From: Williopsis jadinii | Taxonomy: Eukaryota | Direction of reading: 5' to 3' | DNA length: 20,000 bases | NCBI GenBank assembly: GCA_024346625.1 | Contig: AP024666.1 | Coordinates: 2,099,608 to 2,119,607, forward strand | In this document: positions 18,363 to 20,000 of the stretch, piece by piece | Layout of the letters: the number at the start of each line of letters is the position of its first letter | Position numbering within the stretch: the stretch's first letter is position 1 | Notes under the pieces: generated by a model | The model's database searches: none | Told to the model about the DNA's origin: nothing | The model's input: the letters and a program-made list of their open reading frames with translations, nothing else | Program-made: the position numbers and the translations under genes

Positions 18363-19679
18363 CTAATGACCACAACCCCTGGTGGACTTGATGATATCAA
18401 GGAACTTGTTAGCTAATTCATCGGTAGGTGGGAATCCCTCTTCCAAATCATCAGTAGCAAATGCACAATTCCCCATATCTTTCTTCTGGGCCTCAGCTTC
18501 AGGAGAGATATCGAACTCAAATATATCCATTGGGAGTCCAATTGTAGTACAAGAGTTCGGAACATCAACAATACCTGCAATGTGACCTTGAATGGGAGCA
18601 GTTGACAATAACAAATAGATCTGATAATCGTTGTAACCAAATCTTCTGAGGTACTCAATCACTCTGAGACAAGTCTGCCTATAAGCAACGGTTGTATCGA
18701 GGCACAACTGTTTCCCTTCTTCATTGACAGAGAACCCTTCAAATGTGAGGTATCTATCAGGTCCAAAAGTTGGCTCAACATTACTTGGAAGATACATTGG
18801 GCTCTTCATGTTCAGTTTCTCCATCCCATTTTTGATCACACTCACCTCAAATGTGACACAGCCTGCCATCTCAATGGCCCCACAGAATGATATTTCTCCG
18901 TCGCCTTGTGAGAAGTGAAGATCACCAATACTCAAGAGTCCACCAGGAAGGTACGTTGGTAGATAAACCACGGAACCTCTTGTCAACGCTTTGATGTCAC
19001 AATTACCTCCATTTTCTGGCCTACCAGGGATTGTGCGGGCACCGTTGAACTTTACAGATTCGATAACCTCCTTCGACGCCTTTGTTCCAGCGAAGACACC
19101 TTTATCGTTTGGAAGATTCGCCATGACAAAATCTGCATCTGGATTCTCATTAACCAGCTGTGATTCCCTGGTATTCCACTCTTTCAACACATCATGACTT
19201 GGTGCAACACCGATGATTCCAGGATGACAAATTCCAGGGAATTTCACTCCTGGTATATGTCTTGAAGTACAGTAGATACCTTCAAAATCAAAGATTGCTT
19301 TTGCAGCTTTGGGATAATGTTTATCCAAGAACCCACCACCATTTTCCTTTGCAAAGATTCCACAGTAACCCCACGGTTGTCTCTCCAAAGGTTGAACATC
19401 TTGAAGTTGGACTTTCAAAACGTCACCTGGCTCACAACCTTCAACGCTAAATGGACCAGAGAGGTAGTGAATTCTTGTCAAATCTGCATATTTGATATCA
19501 TCTGCTGAGTCATTGTTCCCAACTTGACCTCCAGTCCAGTCAAAGCATTCAATCTTGTACGACTTGTTCTGTGAGATGGTCTTATAAGCAGGGATATCAG
19601 GGTGCCACCGATTGTGCACACCTTCCTGCTCATAAGCTGGTTTGTTGAGGTCTATTTTAACCAAGTATTCTGGGGCCAT
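18363..19679 (-). CDS. fmdS: Formamidase (FmdA/AmdA acetamidase-formamidase family), 438 aa
   Basis: HNRWHPDIP, ECFDWTGGQ, HYLSGP, GGGFL, HPGIIG, ENGGNCDIK, GDLHFSQGDGEISFCGAIEMAG and GIVDVPN. The symbol is by analogy to fungal formamidase. Confidence 0.95.
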   Translation of the reverse strand: MAPEYLVKIDLNKPAYEQEGVHNRWHPDIPAYKTISQNKSYKIECFDWTGGQVGNNDSADDIKYADLTRIHYLSGPFSVEGCEPGDVLKVQLQDVQPLERQPWGYCGIFAKENGGGFLDKHYPKAAKAIFDFEGIYCTSRHIPGVKFPGICHPGIIGVAPSHDVLKEWNTRESQLVNENPDADFVMANLPNDKGVFAGTKASKEVIESVKFNGARTIPGRPENGGNCDIKALTRGSVVYLPTYLPGGLLSIGDLHFSQGDGEISFCGAIEMAGCVTFEVSVIKNGMEKLNMKSPMYLPSNVEPTFGPDRYLTFEGFSVNEEGKQLCLDTTVAYRQTCLRVIEYLRRFGYNDYQIYLLLSTAPIQGHIAGIVDVPNSCTTIGLPMDIFEFDISPEAEAQKKDMGNCAFATDDLEEGFPPTDELANKFLDIIKSTRGCGH

Positions 19680-19752
19680 TGTTATATGGAGTAATCATCC
19701 ACGAGAGTAAAGTTGCTTGGGACGAGAAGGCCGAATCATAAATACATTTCAA

Positions 19753-19800
19753 AGATATAGCTTTATCCGGCTATATCTGAATGATCACTTATCTGTTATC
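19753..19800 (-). promoter_or_regulatory. Cluster of GATAA sites and a 9-bp inverted repeat in the formamidase promoter
   Basis: TTTATC at 19762, CTTATC at 19788 and GTTATC at 19795; AGATATAGC-N8-GCTATATCT at 19753-19778. Confidence 0.55.
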
Positions 19801-19817
19801 GAATTATGAGACTGGTA

Positions 19818-20000
19818 GGGGGGGGGGTGTCTGGGTGTCTGGGTGTCTGGGTGTCTGGGTGTCTGGGTGTCTGGGTGTCTGGGTGTCTGGGTGTCTGGGT
19901 GTCTGGGTGTCTGGGTGTCTGGGTGTCTGGGTGTCTGGGTGTCTGGGTGTCTGGGTGCCTGGGTGTCTGGGTGTCTGGGTGTCTGGGTGTCTGGGTGTCT
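19818..20000 (+). repeat. Telomeric repeat array (GGGTGTCT)22 preceded by a G-run
   Basis: 22 units span 19825-20000, with one variant GGGTGCCT at 19953-19960. The G-rich strand runs 5'->3' to the sequence end; G10 at 19818-19827 overlaps the first unit. Confidence 0.96.

Noticed and set aside
19825..20000. CRISPR array or microsatellite interpretation of the terminal repeat
   Set aside because: No spacers, eukaryotic context, and the G-rich strand oriented to the sequence end fit a telomere.

Overview
This is the terminal 20 kb of a budding-yeast chromosome arm, ending in 22 copies of the telomeric repeat GGGTGTCT. From memory that repeat is Cyberlindnera-like, and CTG codons read as Leu at conserved positions. 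Bases ~400-9800 hold a compact six-gene cluster resembling a eukaryotic version of the bacterial hydantoin-utilisation (hyu) system: a Zn2Cys6 regulator (one intron), hydantoinase/dihydropyrimidinase, hydantoin racemase, D-2-hydroxyacid dehydrogenase, NCS1 permease and an Agrobacterium-type N-carbamoyl-D-amino-acid hydrolase. All five promoter intervals serving these six genes, including the regulator's own, carry the dyad TCGGAG-N14/15-CTCCG(A/G) plus GATAA sites. Next come an uninterrupted 1198-aa Mutator-like (MULE) transposase, ~2.9 kb of gene-free or decayed DNA, a DHA1 MFS transporter split by a 1-nt frameshift, and a formamidase whose ATG lies only 138 bp from the telomeric G-tract.
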